Source: Epithemia pelagica (Eukaryota > Protista > Bacillariophyta). From it: a stretch of 64,000 nt of DNA. The stretch spans positions 1,240,001 through 1,304,000 of the forward strand of contig OX337234.1 of the NCBI GenBank assembly GCA_946965045.2, written 5' to 3'. A model generated the notes under the pieces. It had not been told where the DNA came from. It saw nothing but the letters and a program-made list of their open reading frames with translations, and did not search any database. This document shows positions 47,152 to 57,805 of the stretch, piece by piece. The translations under genes and the position numbers were made by a program. Position 1 is the first letter of the stretch; every line of letters starts with the position of its first letter.

Positions 47152-47929
47152 TGTTACCATTCTCTTGGAATTGCAGTGGCATTGATGCTCGGTAGAGCAG
47201 ACAATCAGGTAATCACCAACCGATACAAACCTCTCCACGGGTAAGAGAGGAAAGCAAGTCGTAGTCTATCAAAAGGATAGTCGGGACACAAAAGAGGATG
47301 TGATAAATGGTGATATTGTTAGATTGTGTGTTGATTACTACGAAAGGCCTACGTGAAATGTTCGGTCCTGCCAAGGGTCATGTGTCATAGGTTCTTGGCG
47401 GCAACAGGTTTGGAATAGTTGGAGTCGATTCATGTGATGTATATGACATGTATATGTGGGCGGATAACATATACAGGGTCAACAGCTCTTGCTTTGGATT
47501 GGCATAGTTGTTTTCATGGCGCGCAGCTTGTTGACAATTTGGAGATTGTGGGAATGGAAATATGGTCTCGCGTGATCGTGTGTCGTGCTTGGGATACTTA
47601 GACCGTTGGGTCGGATAGATGCCGACAGCGCTCGGATGTCGCTTGGGCGCGCTCGATGATTTCGGGCGCGTACGCTTAGGGCGTTAGTATAATGTCCGAG
47701 CAACGGCCAAATTTACGTCCGTTGTAATACCGCACGACCCAGTTTAGTCTTGAGAGTTAGTTCGTCAATCTATTCTCACTTTTCATGATTTGCGAAGAAA
47801 TATAGGTCGATATAGCGCGAAGCTAGGGAACATAGCTCGAAGCTAGATGGCATGATGCGATAGCACGAGGCTATGTGACATGGGGAATCGATGAGATGTA
47901 GAATCTAACCACCATAGACGGTGAGAATT

Positions 47930-50900
47930 CTAACACTCCCCACAACTCGTCGTTTCAGCCTTGTCATCATTGGATTTGTTGAGGTCTTGAACTTCTCCTT
48001 TCCAAAACAACAATGGCTTGAGCATGGGCCAAATAGATACGAAATCCCAATGTTTGCTAAGGATATCGGCAGGGTTGGTCTTTCCATCTTTCCAGTAGAA
48101 TGCAACATACTTTGCTGCGATGGCTTCACGAACTCGGTGGTATGACAGAAGATGGTGTCTCTTGGGTAGTATGGAATGAAGAACGGTTGCATTGAGCACA
48201 ACAGATCTGTTATCTCCGTACATGTAACTTCGCTCTCGGATAGGTACTCCAAGGTAGCGGAGAGAATGTCGTAATTCTGTAATCTGATCTATTGCTGTCC
48301 TTGCAGCCACAAACTCGGATCCATAGGTAGCAGTGTCCACCGTGCTCTGTCTCTTGCTGTACCAGTCAATAGGTGTTCCGTTCAACAAATGTAGAACAGC
48401 AGTGACGGATTTACCAGTGACTATGTCATGCATGAGATTGGCATCAACATAATGAGTTGTGGTAACATAGCGGCCAAGAGGTGTTGGGCAGTCTTCAGGA
48501 ATACGTTCACTTGCATTCGAATAGACAGTGCGAGTCCAATCAAATTCTTGGGTAGGAAGACTTGAATAATCAGGCTCTCCAATCCTAAATCTGATTGCGC
48601 CTTCTGGGAGATGTGCAAGGTATCCATAGATACGCTTGGCTCTATCAAGATGTCCTTTCCTCGGAGCAGCACGAAAGCGTGATAGCGTCATTGTAGCGGT
48701 GAAGACGTCGAAACGACCAATAGTGATCACCCATTGGAGTTGTCCAATCAGAGTTTGGAAATGGCTAGTACCTTCTTCATCAAGGAGCTCAGAATCATCC
48801 AATTCAGGATGGTCTCCACCAATAAGAGGTGTTTTGGCTTTCTTGGGTTTCTCCTTGAAGATTCGTTCGAAAGTGTCCATCATCTTACCAATGTAGCGTC
48901 TTGGATCTGCTACTAATGTTCCATCAGAATCCTTGGTGTAACAACATCCCAAGTGGAAATCAATAGGTCCATCTCCTTTGAGTTTGAAGTTGTATTTCTC
49001 CTTCAGGATCTTGCAGATATTCCCAGGATCAGTAGAAATAATGGCTAAGTCATCAACGTATACGGCAATGTATTCGTAACAGTCTTCTCCAGGTGCTTTC
49101 CTCATCCAGATATCCGGATCTGCTTTGCTTGGTGAAAATCCCATGTCTGTCAAAACATCGAATAAGACATCATGCCAGCGTGCGCCTGATGACTTCAATC
49201 CATAAAGTGCCTTGTATATAATCAGGATGTGACCTTCTAATTCCTTGAATTCAGGTCCTGCGACAATGAAGATTTTCTCCCCTGTCAAGGCTTCCAGATA
49301 TGCGTTTCCAATATCTGCTCCCCATATTTCCAAGTCATTCAAAGTACCCAGGAATAAGGCAATGCGGAGGTTGCGAATGGAAACAACACCCGAATAGATT
49401 GTCTCAACAGGTTCTTTTGTGAGATGTCCATCTGCGACAAGTCTTGCTTTATGTCGTCCATCATGTTTTACGTCAAAGACAAGATGTACACGTATCTTAT
49501 GATATCCTTCAGGTGCATTGGATACTTTCCCTTTAATGAAGATGGCTTTCCCGAAATCCTTGAATGTCTTGTAGGACTGGATCTGTGACAATTCTAATTC
49601 TGTTGCATCCTGCCACTTTGTGTTGCCATGTTGTTTATCAAGAGCAACAGCTTCCTCATAATTGCGTGGTACTTGGAATCCAAACTTATACTTGACGGAA
49701 TGGTGAACTTGTTTAATCCTTGACTGTTTGGCTGCTCGAATGAGACGTTTGCTTGTTTTGACATAACGTTTCAAATGCTTCCATCCAGGTTCGTTGAGTA
49801 AACCATGTTTCTTTCCATAAATTGCTACAGTGATCGGATAATCATTGGCGATGAGTGATAAAGGTTCATAGGTAGTCTCCCCAGTTTCCCAATCAACAAG
49901 CAAATTATATTTGCTCCCCTTGTAATCTGGATCAGTTGTGTTCAGTGGGCCTTGATGGGCGATGACGTCCCTGAACCTGAAAAGATTATCTCCAGAGGTT
50001 TGAGCTTGGTTATCTCGTTCAATATACTCCATGAGTTGATTATAGGATATCATCTCATCAACATCAGAATTTGTCTTTCGGTAGATGTACTTGACACGTT
50101 CTTCCTGTTTCGTTGCTTGTTCATTAAGATCAATGACTCGTTTGATGACACGTGCACGATGTCGCTCCCCATTTTCTTCTGTGTCGCATAGGAATGTGCG
50201 TCCTATCATGTCGTCAAAATCGATCGTGGGCATTGGTTTGGATGGATCTTCACTATCACTGCGAATGAAGACAGTGTCAGCTTGCTTATCATTGTCATCC
50301 TTCTCAGACGAATCCTCCCCTGAAGGTCGATCCACACGTAGGTTAGGTGTAGTGGATTCAACACGGCGAACGGCAGAACGGTAGATTATCTGGTTATCCT
50401 GGGTGAGAATCTTCCAAGTAAAAGAATCACCAACGTTGTGAGCAAAACCAACCCAGTGGCCAAGTTTCTCATCAGAAGAAGATGGATATGAACCAGAATT
50501 GGGTTCAGCGGGGTCGACACGGTAGTAAACCTCATCCCAGAAAGGAAAGAACAAGAGATGAGTAATGTCGGGTGGGCGTCCGGAGAGAGCCTCAAGAGGA
50601 GTGCGACCGGAATGGGTGGGTGATGATGTATGGTTCAATAAGTCACAGACATACTCAAGGCAAAGAAGCCAGGTGTTGGCAGGGCAACCAGTGGCATTCA
50701 TGAGAGCGTTGGTCATACGTTTGACGGTCTGGTAACGGTTTTCAGCCTTATTCTGGTGTTGATGATAAGGTTCGGATCGATACTCCCCAATAAGCAAAGT
50801 GTGAAGAATGTCTTTGACCTTTTGAGAGATGAGAGATGAACCACCATCACTGATAAGAGTCTCCATGGCACCACGAAACCGGATGTTGTCCTGAAGAGTA

Positions 50901-53617
50901 TTGACAAACTGTTTGGTTGACTTGATCCCATAGATATCAGTAACCAGAGTTTCTCGACCAACAAAGATTTGTGCGACTTTACCGCCATGGTCAACAGCAG
51001 GGGTGTCGGAGAAAACCGAGTCAGTAGCAACGGGTTCATGACGTCGAGGTATATTAAGGACCGGATTGCGAGCCTTGAAATGTTTCTTGAGGGTGTCGTG
51101 GTCAAAAGTAATGCTACCATTACGTGTAGTGTGCTTGAACGTATCGGCAATAACATCTTCAGATTGCCAACCAAAGAATGGACGGAACTTCTTCCAGTCA
51201 TACGCTTCCTGGTAACGACGGTGGACAGAGGCATGAAGTGTAGGATCATTACCTTCTGCGTCAGCATAGATAGAAAAGAAGGGTGCGTCGTCAGGTCCAT
51301 GATTGTATGGGAGATCCAAAAGGAGATTGAGGTTACAAACAACACGATCAGTGTACTCCCCATAGTTGTCATATGGATGGTTCGACATACTACCATCAGT
51401 CTTGACGTGTTTCCAATCAGGATCATTGTCAGAGGGTGTGGGAGAATACGAATGGTCCAGAACACCAGGATCCCATGTGTCGGGAGACGTGAAGATGATC
51501 TGAGGTAAGGTATTCATGTCATCGTCGCTGGGGATACCCAAGGAGTGGATGTAGGCTAACCCATCCTTGATGTGAAGGGGTATAGCACGACCATCAAGTG
51601 TAGTGATGCGTTGTTTACCATCAACTTTAACAGATCGTTCATCAACAGCAAGTCCGAAATGCTCGAATTGACCAGGAGCATGGATAGATAAGCCCTTTCC
51701 ATAATAAGCATATTCATTGAAGATGCCGACAATAGGTCCATCATTGGTCTCAAACTTTGCGGCACATGTGACGACAGGAAGTCCAGTAAGTTCATGGTTA
51801 TCAATACCCACAATAGTGATATGGCGGCCAGTCTTAGAAAGGATGCGCATGTCAGAACCAGCAAGTCCTCCATTAGCACCACGGTCAATCAATTGATTTC
51901 CTGGTAAAGTAGATTTCCTGGAAAACAAATAGCGTGGAACATGTCCTGCTTGTTTATGCATGTTGGCTTTGAAAGTAACCTTCTTGCTCGTCTTGGACTT
52001 GGTGTTAGAAAGAACACTAGTCAGGTCAGTTGCCGGGTGATTGATATCAGTCGTCATGGCTTGGTTGATAAATTGTGTAACCGGATCTGAATCATCTGGA
52101 TGCTCAGGGACTACGCCAGGTGAGTCGTCATCAGATGCAACTTGGTTGGGGTCAGGATCAGGTTCCGGATCAATGTCGAGGGCATGTGTTTGCACTTTCC
52201 TCGGTGTTGTTGATGAAGGTGCTTGAATCATCTTGTTATACACAATGATCAACTTGCAATCTTCTTCAGAAAGTTTGAACCATAGGTCACGCGGTAGACT
52301 AACCTTGGACGAAGAGGATGGAGATTCAGATGTCGCTTTGGTGTTGTGGACATGATACTCCATATCATCTTGTGAGGTTATGTCAGCATCTGTATCTTGG
52401 CCATATAGTGATTCATGTTGTTTGACATGTCGACGGCGACTATGAACAGATGACTGGGTTGCTTGATCATGGTCATAAGCTGCGTCTAGAAGGAGACGGA
52501 AGTATGATTGATAGCAAAGGGATTTTGCACCGGATTTGGTGTTCACCACATTATCCAAGATCTTGACTCGGCGGAGATCAGGTACCTTTTCTACAGCTTG
52601 CATGAGGAAGGTCATCCTGGTATGATCAGGGATGCGATCAGACAATGTCACGAGATTGTCTAGCAAACGTAGCTGCTCTTGAAAGTGTAGAAGAAATTGA
52701 CGTGTTGTTCCGCGCCATGTGTCGTCAAGACGTAGATTGGAAATGTAGTTGGTTAAACGGAGGACTTCTCGTTTTGCTAGGTCGGATTCGGTATGCAAAG
52801 AGTGTAACTTCTGCAATACGGCACGCGCATCTTCATCATGTTCATGTTCACGTACATAGGCTCGACCTTGGTCAGTCTGAATGATACGGACAAGAACGGA
52901 GTAAAGAAATACTTGTTGCTCTTGAAAAAGTTCTTCGGCATACTCATCATCATGGGGTGGTGTGTATTTGAAATTCAGAACGTTGGATAGGCCTTGAGCC
53001 TTAGCTGTAGTCTTGAATACACGCCAGAATGAATCGTAGTATCGTTCATCCTTGAATACCTCATATGCAGTTGCGTCGCGCTTAGTTCCCTTTCTGAATG
53101 CTGTAAGGTCTTGTTGAGATTGGGATGCGGCAGTAACTGTGCTGACAGATTTCACAGATGACGGTGACTTCATTGGCGAGACTGGGACTTGGCTAGGTGG
53201 TCCCTTAGAGAAATCTGTGTTGATCCTCCAAGTGTTGAACTCTTTCCTCGTTAGGTTCATCCAGTCGCTATTGGATAGCTCGTCTTGAATTTCATTGGTC
53301 TTGTATATGGCCCAATAAGCCAAGAGCTTGATCTGCTGTCTTGTGGGGCCTTGTAGATCATGTGTCTGTTTGTTGACCTTGTATTGTGTCAGTTCGTTCA
53401 TGGATTCCTCGGTATTAGTTTGCATATACGAGATAACATGGGTAATGTTCTCAAAACCATGGTATTTCATCCACTTCATTAAGTAGTCGGCCCTTTCTTT
53501 GGTAAAGAATTGGCAGACAGTAAATATGATGTGGTCGAATAGGTCTGTGTTTGAGACATTGTCTTGGTTATCTTCTCCCTTAGGAGTCGTAGGTGTCTTG
53601 GGTGATTGAGGATCCAT
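47930..53617 (-). CDS. Copia gag-pol polyprotein (Gag, protease, integrase, chromodomain-like segment, RT, RNase H)
   Basis: 1895-aa ORF; LIDRGANGG protease; VATDSVFS/LISDGG/QNKAE integrase; YNLLVDWETGETTYEPL; RHKARLVADG, ADIGNAYL, ALYGLKSSG, YVDDL RT; YVDANL, TYGSEFVA, GDNRSV, NPADILSK RNase H. Integrase precedes RT (Copia order). Confidence 0.97.
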   Translation of the reverse strand: MDPQSPKTPTTPKGEDNQDNVSNTDLFDHIIFTVCQFFTKERADYLMKWMKYHGFENITHVISYMQTNTEESMNELTQYKVNKQTHDLQGPTRQQIKLLAYWAIYKTNEIQDELSNSDWMNLTRKEFNTWRINTDFSKGPPSQVPVSPMKSPSSVKSVSTVTAASQSQQDLTAFRKGTKRDATAYEVFKDERYYDSFWRVFKTTAKAQGLSNVLNFKYTPPHDDEYAEELFQEQQVFLYSVLVRIIQTDQGRAYVREHEHDEDARAVLQKLHSLHTESDLAKREVLRLTNYISNLRLDDTWRGTTRQFLLHFQEQLRLLDNLVTLSDRIPDHTRMTFLMQAVEKVPDLRRVKILDNVVNTKSGAKSLCYQSYFRLLLDAAYDHDQATQSSVHSRRRHVKQHESLYGQDTDADITSQDDMEYHVHNTKATSESPSSSSKVSLPRDLWFKLSEEDCKLIIVYNKMIQAPSSTTPRKVQTHALDIDPEPDPDPNQVASDDDSPGVVPEHPDDSDPVTQFINQAMTTDINHPATDLTSVLSNTKSKTSKKVTFKANMHKQAGHVPRYLFSRKSTLPGNQLIDRGANGGLAGSDMRILSKTGRHITIVGIDNHELTGLPVVTCAAKFETNDGPIVGIFNEYAYYGKGLSIHAPGQFEHFGLAVDERSVKVDGKQRITTLDGRAIPLHIKDGLAYIHSLGIPSDDDMNTLPQIIFTSPDTWDPGVLDHSYSPTPSDNDPDWKHVKTDGSMSNHPYDNYGEYTDRVVCNLNLLLDLPYNHGPDDAPFFSIYADAEGNDPTLHASVHRRYQEAYDWKKFRPFFGWQSEDVIADTFKHTTRNGSITFDHDTLKKHFKARNPVLNIPRRHEPVATDSVFSDTPAVDHGGKVAQIFVGRETLVTDIYGIKSTKQFVNTLQDNIRFRGAMETLISDGGSSLISQKVKDILHTLLIGEYRSEPYHQHQNKAENRYQTVKRMTNALMNATGCPANTWLLCLEYVCDLLNHTSSPTHSGRTPLEALSGRPPDITHLLFFPFWDEVYYRVDPAEPNSGSYPSSSDEKLGHWVGFAHNVGDSFTWKILTQDNQIIYRSAVRRVESTTPNLRVDRPSGEDSSEKDDNDKQADTVFIRSDSEDPSKPMPTIDFDDMIGRTFLCDTEENGERHRARVIKRVIDLNEQATKQEERVKYIYRKTNSDVDEMISYNQLMEYIERDNQAQTSGDNLFRFRDVIAHQGPLNTTDPDYKGSKYNLLVDWETGETTYEPLSLIANDYPITVAIYGKKHGLLNEPGWKHLKRYVKTSKRLIRAAKQSRIKQVHHSVKYKFGFQVPRNYEEAVALDKQHGNTKWQDATELELSQIQSYKTFKDFGKAIFIKGKVSNAPEGYHKIRVHLVFDVKHDGRHKARLVADGHLTKEPVETIYSGVVSIRNLRIALFLGTLNDLEIWGADIGNAYLEALTGEKIFIVAGPEFKELEGHILIIYKALYGLKSSGARWHDVLFDVLTDMGFSPSKADPDIWMRKAPGEDCYEYIAVYVDDLAIISTDPGNICKILKEKYNFKLKGDGPIDFHLGCCYTKDSDGTLVADPRRYIGKMMDTFERIFKEKPKKAKTPLIGGDHPELDDSELLDEEGTSHFQTLIGQLQWVITIGRFDVFTATMTLSRFRAAPRKGHLDRAKRIYGYLAHLPEGAIRFRIGEPDYSSLPTQEFDWTRTVYSNASERIPEDCPTPLGRYVTTTHYVDANLMHDIVTGKSVTAVLHLLNGTPIDWYSKRQSTVDTATYGSEFVAARTAIDQITELRHSLRYLGVPIRERSYMYGDNRSVVLNATVLHSILPKRHHLLSYHRVREAIAAKYVAFYWKDGKTNPADILSKHWDFVSIWPMLKPLLFWKGEVQDLNKSNDDKAETTSCGEC

Positions 53618-53937
53618 GGTGTTATTTGGTTGGTTCGATGTTTATTTAATGTGCGGTGTGATGTGGTTTATTTAATGTGTGATGTGATGTGAACCCGGAT
53701 GTACCACGTGTGCCACGTATGTACCACGTATGTGATACCCGGATGTGTGTTGTGATGTGCGACTCCTGGAAATTTCCGTTGATTCCGACAAATTTTCGCC
53801 GAGTTTCAACAAATTTTCGCCGAATTTTCGCGATTTGACGGGAATGTGTGGCGTGTTGTGCGACCCAGGGTACCCGGATGTGCGTTGAGTTTAAGTCTTG
53901 GAAAGGTTTTGAGGGGACGGGAGTTAACTATGAGTAA

Positions 53938-54717
53938 TTAAGCTTCGGTTTCCGAATCTCCACTCTCTTCCGAATAATCAGAGTCGTTTCCAGGCTCAGA
54001 TGGGGCAGCACAAGCAACAGAAGAAGGGGTATCACCTTCAGCCAAGTGGTTCTCGACCTCGGTACGCAAAGGGAAGATAGTTGCACGATGGTCCTCGATG
54101 GTATGGACCTCGTGGATGTAGGCAACGTAGTTATCTAGGCGTACAACGTTAGGAGGCAGAGGTCAAGTCGTCGCGTTCACGACGTAGATGGTATTGTAGT
54201 ATCCAGTTGGGCGCTCGAAGGTTAGGAAGCGGAGGTGGACAGTACGGATGGGGTTGCCCGAGAGGGCGGCCAAGATGAGGCGACGCCTCGGAGAACGATG
54301 AAGTTGGTCGTTCAGACGGTCAATGTCTTCTTGGTCGACGATGTGGGTCACCGATTGGAACTGGCGTTCGATCTGGGTCTCCCCACGGATGATCTCGGGA
54401 TCGAAGGTCGAAGAAGTTGGTTGACAGAAGTACTTGATATGATCAGCAATCAACCGGGTGGTACGACGGGATCGAGAAGGGACGAGCCGACGAGGCGGAC
54501 TCGGGGGCCGAAGCAACGGCGCAGGGATCGGGGCGTGAGGCTGGGTTGGAGTCTCGAATGGGTTGCTGTTGGAACTATCGACGGAGATGTTAACCGATGT
54601 GTTGGCTGCCTTCAGCGTCGGCACCAGTTCCTGCTGCACCAGGGTATCGGGCTGCCCGGGATGCAGGTTGGCTTGATAGATCTGTCGTACAGGAGTGATA
54701 AGCTCGTTAGTATCCAT
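53938..54717 (-). CDS. Extra ORF upstream of gag-pol inside the Copia element, with one in-frame TGA (54163-54165)
   Basis: 184-aa ORF starts just after the PBS; the same frame continues past the TGA for 74 codons (PLPPNVVRLDNYVAYIHEV...DSETEA) to TAA at 53938. Confidence 0.65.
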
Positions 54718-55537
54718 GAAACCACAAGGAAATAAGCTCTGAGACTGTTAATCTGTTACAATTCTCTTGGAATTGCAGTGGCATTGATGCTCGGTAGAGC
54801 AGACAATCAGGTAATCACCAACCGATACAAACCTCTCCACGGGTAAGAGAGGAAAGCAAGTCGTAGTCTATCAAAAGGATAGTCGGGACACAAAAGAGGA
54901 TGTGATAAATGGTGATATTGTTAGATTGTGTGTTGATTACTACAATAGGTCTACGTGAAATGTTCGGTCCTGCCAAGGGTCATGTGTCATAGGTTCTTGG
55001 CGGCAACAGGTTTGGAATAGTTGGAGTCGATTCATGTGATGTATATGACATGTATATGTGGGCGGATAACATATACAGGGTCAACAGCTCTTGCTTTGGA
55101 TTGGCATAGTTGTTTTCATGGCGCGCAGCTTGTTGACAATTTGGAGATTGTGGGAATGGAAATATGGTCTCGCGTGATCGTGTGTCGTGCTTGGGATACT
55201 TAGACCGTTGGGTCGGATAGATGCCGACAGCGCTCGGATGTCGCTTGGGCGTGCTCGATGATTTCGGGCGCGTACGCTTAGGGCGTTAGTATAATGTCCG
55301 AGCAACGGCCAAATTTACGTCCGTTGTAATACCGCACGACCCAGTTTAGTCTTGAGAGTTAGTTCGTCAATCTATTCTCACTTTTCATGATTTGCGAAGA
55401 AATATAGGTCGATATAGCGCGAAGCTAGGGAACATAGCTCGAAGCTAGATGGCATGATGCGATAGCACGAGGCTATGTGACATGGGGAATCGATGAGATG
55501 TAGAATCTAACCACCATAGACGGTGAGAATTCTAACA

Positions 55538-56146
55538 GGCTTGTTGAAATTCCGTGCGCCATGTAGTCGGCGAGCCTTGGTAAAAGGCTTGTTTGATTTT
55601 GTCTTCCGTGAGGGGGACGATTGCAGCGTCAGAGCTGAGGTACTTGAGACCATTAGAGAACTTGCGAAGGGATTGCAAATGCGAATCCACTGTCATGTCT
55701 GAGGGCTTCCGAGGCCCAGAAAGAAGGAAGGTGCGGAAAGCACTAACTTCACTGACAAGGACAAGGGGAGCGAAGACCGCAGCAATCAAACCTTGGAAGC
55801 AGGCTTCATCGAGATTGGTGCCTGGAGGCAAACCGTTGTAGGCTTCGAGAAAGGGATCGGCGATAGCGCTGGTGACCGAGCGAGGGAAATACTCGCAACA
55901 AGCGGCGAAGGGATCCGGATGACCGGAGATGCGGATCTTGTCCACGAAGTGGAGGACCCAAAGGAAGAGATCTCGAGGGTCTTCATCCGTCGACTCCCGA
56001 AATGGGAGGAGGTTGGCGTAATACTTGTCGTCGTCATCTTTGAGCTTGAGAGCGGAAAAGGAATCGGAGGACAGAGCCTCATCAACGCGACGTTGGAAGC
56101 GGAGTGCATCGACAAGGGTAATGAACCCATTGGTGTTGTCTGCCAT
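55538..56146 (-). pseudogene. gag: Gypsy gag N-terminal piece
   Basis: MADNTNG...GPRKPSDMTVDSHLQSLRKF...IKQAFYQGSPTTWRTEF, a retrotransposon Gag-like pattern, cut by the Copia LTR. Confidence 0.78.
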
Positions 56147-56283
56147 GATGGAGAGATGCAATGGTGAGAAAATGAAAGGAAAGGAATCAAAGGACGGGCA
56201 AAAGGAATTGCACAAACGTCGGCCGCCGGAGGCGTGTTATGGTGAAGAAGGAAAAACAAGGGCGTTGAGGAATCTGATCAGAG

Positions 56284-56482
56284 TGCCATACCCATGCATA
56301 ATGGTAGGACGTAAAAATTATGATCTTTAGGAATTAGGCTAGGAAAGTGAGCAATGGCCAGAGAAGCTATCTGCACACGGGACAAGGACGGACTGAATTC
56401 TGAGAACGTCGGTGTCAAAGATTCAACTAGGGACCTATCGAGTCATGTTTACGTGGAGTCGTGGCGGGACAGAGTCCGGGTA
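56284..56482. repeat. Gypsy 5' LTR (outer end diverged)
   Basis: Near-identical to 43504-43702. Confidence 0.85.
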
Positions 56483-56935
56483 TCGTCTGGCGATACTTAC
56501 ACATGAATCTTCCGCGAGTCATTCGAGAGCTGGCATAGTGCCCCCAGCACGCTATTAGTATTGTTTATTGTATGCAGATGGTCAGGAGGATGCAGCAGAT
56601 GCTTGCTTCCTCGCGTGCAGGCGGGCCAGCTGCCTGCTTCCACGCATGAAGGAAAACTTACACGTGTTGCTTACACGTGTAGGCTAGGTCTAGCTAAGTG
56701 ACGACTAAGCTCCTAGCTTGACATAGAACATGTAGACTTGCTAGGAGTATGTCTTAACTCTCAGGGACACCCGCTATATTTGTAACCATGACCCCACTGG
56801 GCTTATTTCTGATTGGTTGAGATGACTGTACCCGATTTTCGTACACTATCAAAAGAGGAACCGGCACGTGTCTAAAAAATTACTTAAATGTACCAATTAT
56901 TGAACTTCGGGAAGCCTTGCGCTGAGCTCGCCAAA

Positions 56936-57125
56936 TGTATCGGATTCTGTATCGATGCACATACAACTGTATCCAGTCGTGTATCGGGGTTGTATCTAGT
57001 TGTATCGGGGGGCTTAGGTACTGTATCGATACAACGGATTTGTAACCGTATTTGTATCGGGGGACTCGAGTCCTCTGTATCGGGTCTTCTGAATTTGTTG
57101 CGATTTGTATCGGCCTGATGTATCG
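56936..57125 (+). repeat. Left subterminal TGTATCG array
   Basis: About 9 copies of TGTATCG plus variants. Confidence 0.85.
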
Positions 57126-57141
57126 GGTTGACGGTCACCAT

Positions 57142-57220
57142 GGAATAAACAGGCGACTTTTGAAATGAGAGCGATACAAGATGGAATAAACAGGCGACTT
57201 TTGAAATGAGAGCGATACAA
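57142..57220. repeat. Tandem 38-bp duplication
   Basis: GGAATAAACAGGCGACTTTTGAAATGAGAGCGATACAA occurs twice. Confidence 0.85.
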
Positions 57221-57283
57221 TGATAAAGCGATAGATTAAGCAATCGAAGAATTGGTTCCTGCCAAACTCGCCAATGAAATTGC

Positions 57284-57805
57284 TTGCGACAGCAGCAACA
57301 CAACAATCAGACTCATTTTTCAAGACGAAAGCAAGAAGAAGAAGAAGAAGTCGCAATCATAGCCGAGAAGAAGAAACCAAAGGTTTACCCCGCCGACCAG
57401 AAGGGAGCCAAGATCCGGATTGTTGGTGGGACGTACCGTGGAAAGAGGGGCTTCCTCGACAAGAAGAAGGGCAGGACAGAGTTCTTTACCTACGTCATTA
57501 TCATCATCAAGCCGAACGAGGAGGAGATTGCAACACGGCTTCATCACGAATCGATCCGAGTCGGAGAGGAAGCACCACCGGCAAGCTATGAAGAGGCTGT
57601 TCTCCAGCAGCACTGTGACATTGAAGAGCTGCTACGCGACCTTACGAGGAGGCTGTCCCAGTGTGAGGGCATCTCCTCCGAAGGAGAAGCTGGCCATCGG
57701 ATTGGGAACTTGTTCCTAAATTATTTGACGGTTGCTGTGCAACGTCAAAGTAACCTACGTGTGGACAAGGCTCGTTGGCGTCGTGTGCGCTATGGTCACG
57801 GTTAA
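57284..57805 (+). CDS. Transposon accessory ORF with KOW-like motif (start uncertain)
   Basis: KIRIVGGTYRGKRGFL resembles a KOW motif and is followed by a helical region; no in-frame ATG at the 5' end. Confidence 0.55.
   Translation: MRQQQHNNQTHFSRRKQEEEEEVAIIAEKKKPKVYPADQKGAKIRIVGGTYRGKRGFLDKKKGRTEFFTYVIIIIKPNEEEIATRLHHESIRVGEEAPPASYEEAVLQQHCDIEELLRDLTRRLSQCEGISSEGEAGHRIGNLFLNYLTVAVQRQSNLRVDKARWRRVRYGHG

Larger units (their letters stand above)
47152..55537 (-). mobile_element. Full-length Ty1/Copia (CoDi-like) LTR retrotransposon, 8386 bp
   Basis: 784-bp LTRs 47152-47935 and 54754-55537 with only a handful of mismatches; TSD GGCTT at 47147-47151 and 55538-55542; PPT GTGGGGAG; PBS GATTAACAGTC; intact gag-pol. 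Confidence 0.97.
43504..56487 (-). mobile_element. Ty3/Gypsy LTR retrotransposon, internally deleted, hosting two Copia insertions
   Basis: About 200-bp LTRs 43504-43707 and 56284-56482; PPT AGGGAGAGGTAGAG (minus) at 43708-43721; gag in three pieces; RNase H-integrase ORF. No TSD found and the outer 5 bp of the right LTR differ. Confidence 0.88.

Noticed and set aside
46267-47703. Short ORFs inside the Copia LTRs (e.g. MESIHVMYMT..., MLGHYTNAL...)
   Set aside because: They recur only because the LTR is repeated and have no motifs or protein-like composition.
46112-55537. Three 784-bp repeats as one triple-LTR element or an assembly duplication
   Set aside because: The solo LTR and the full element have different TSDs, and the host gag reads continuously once both are removed.
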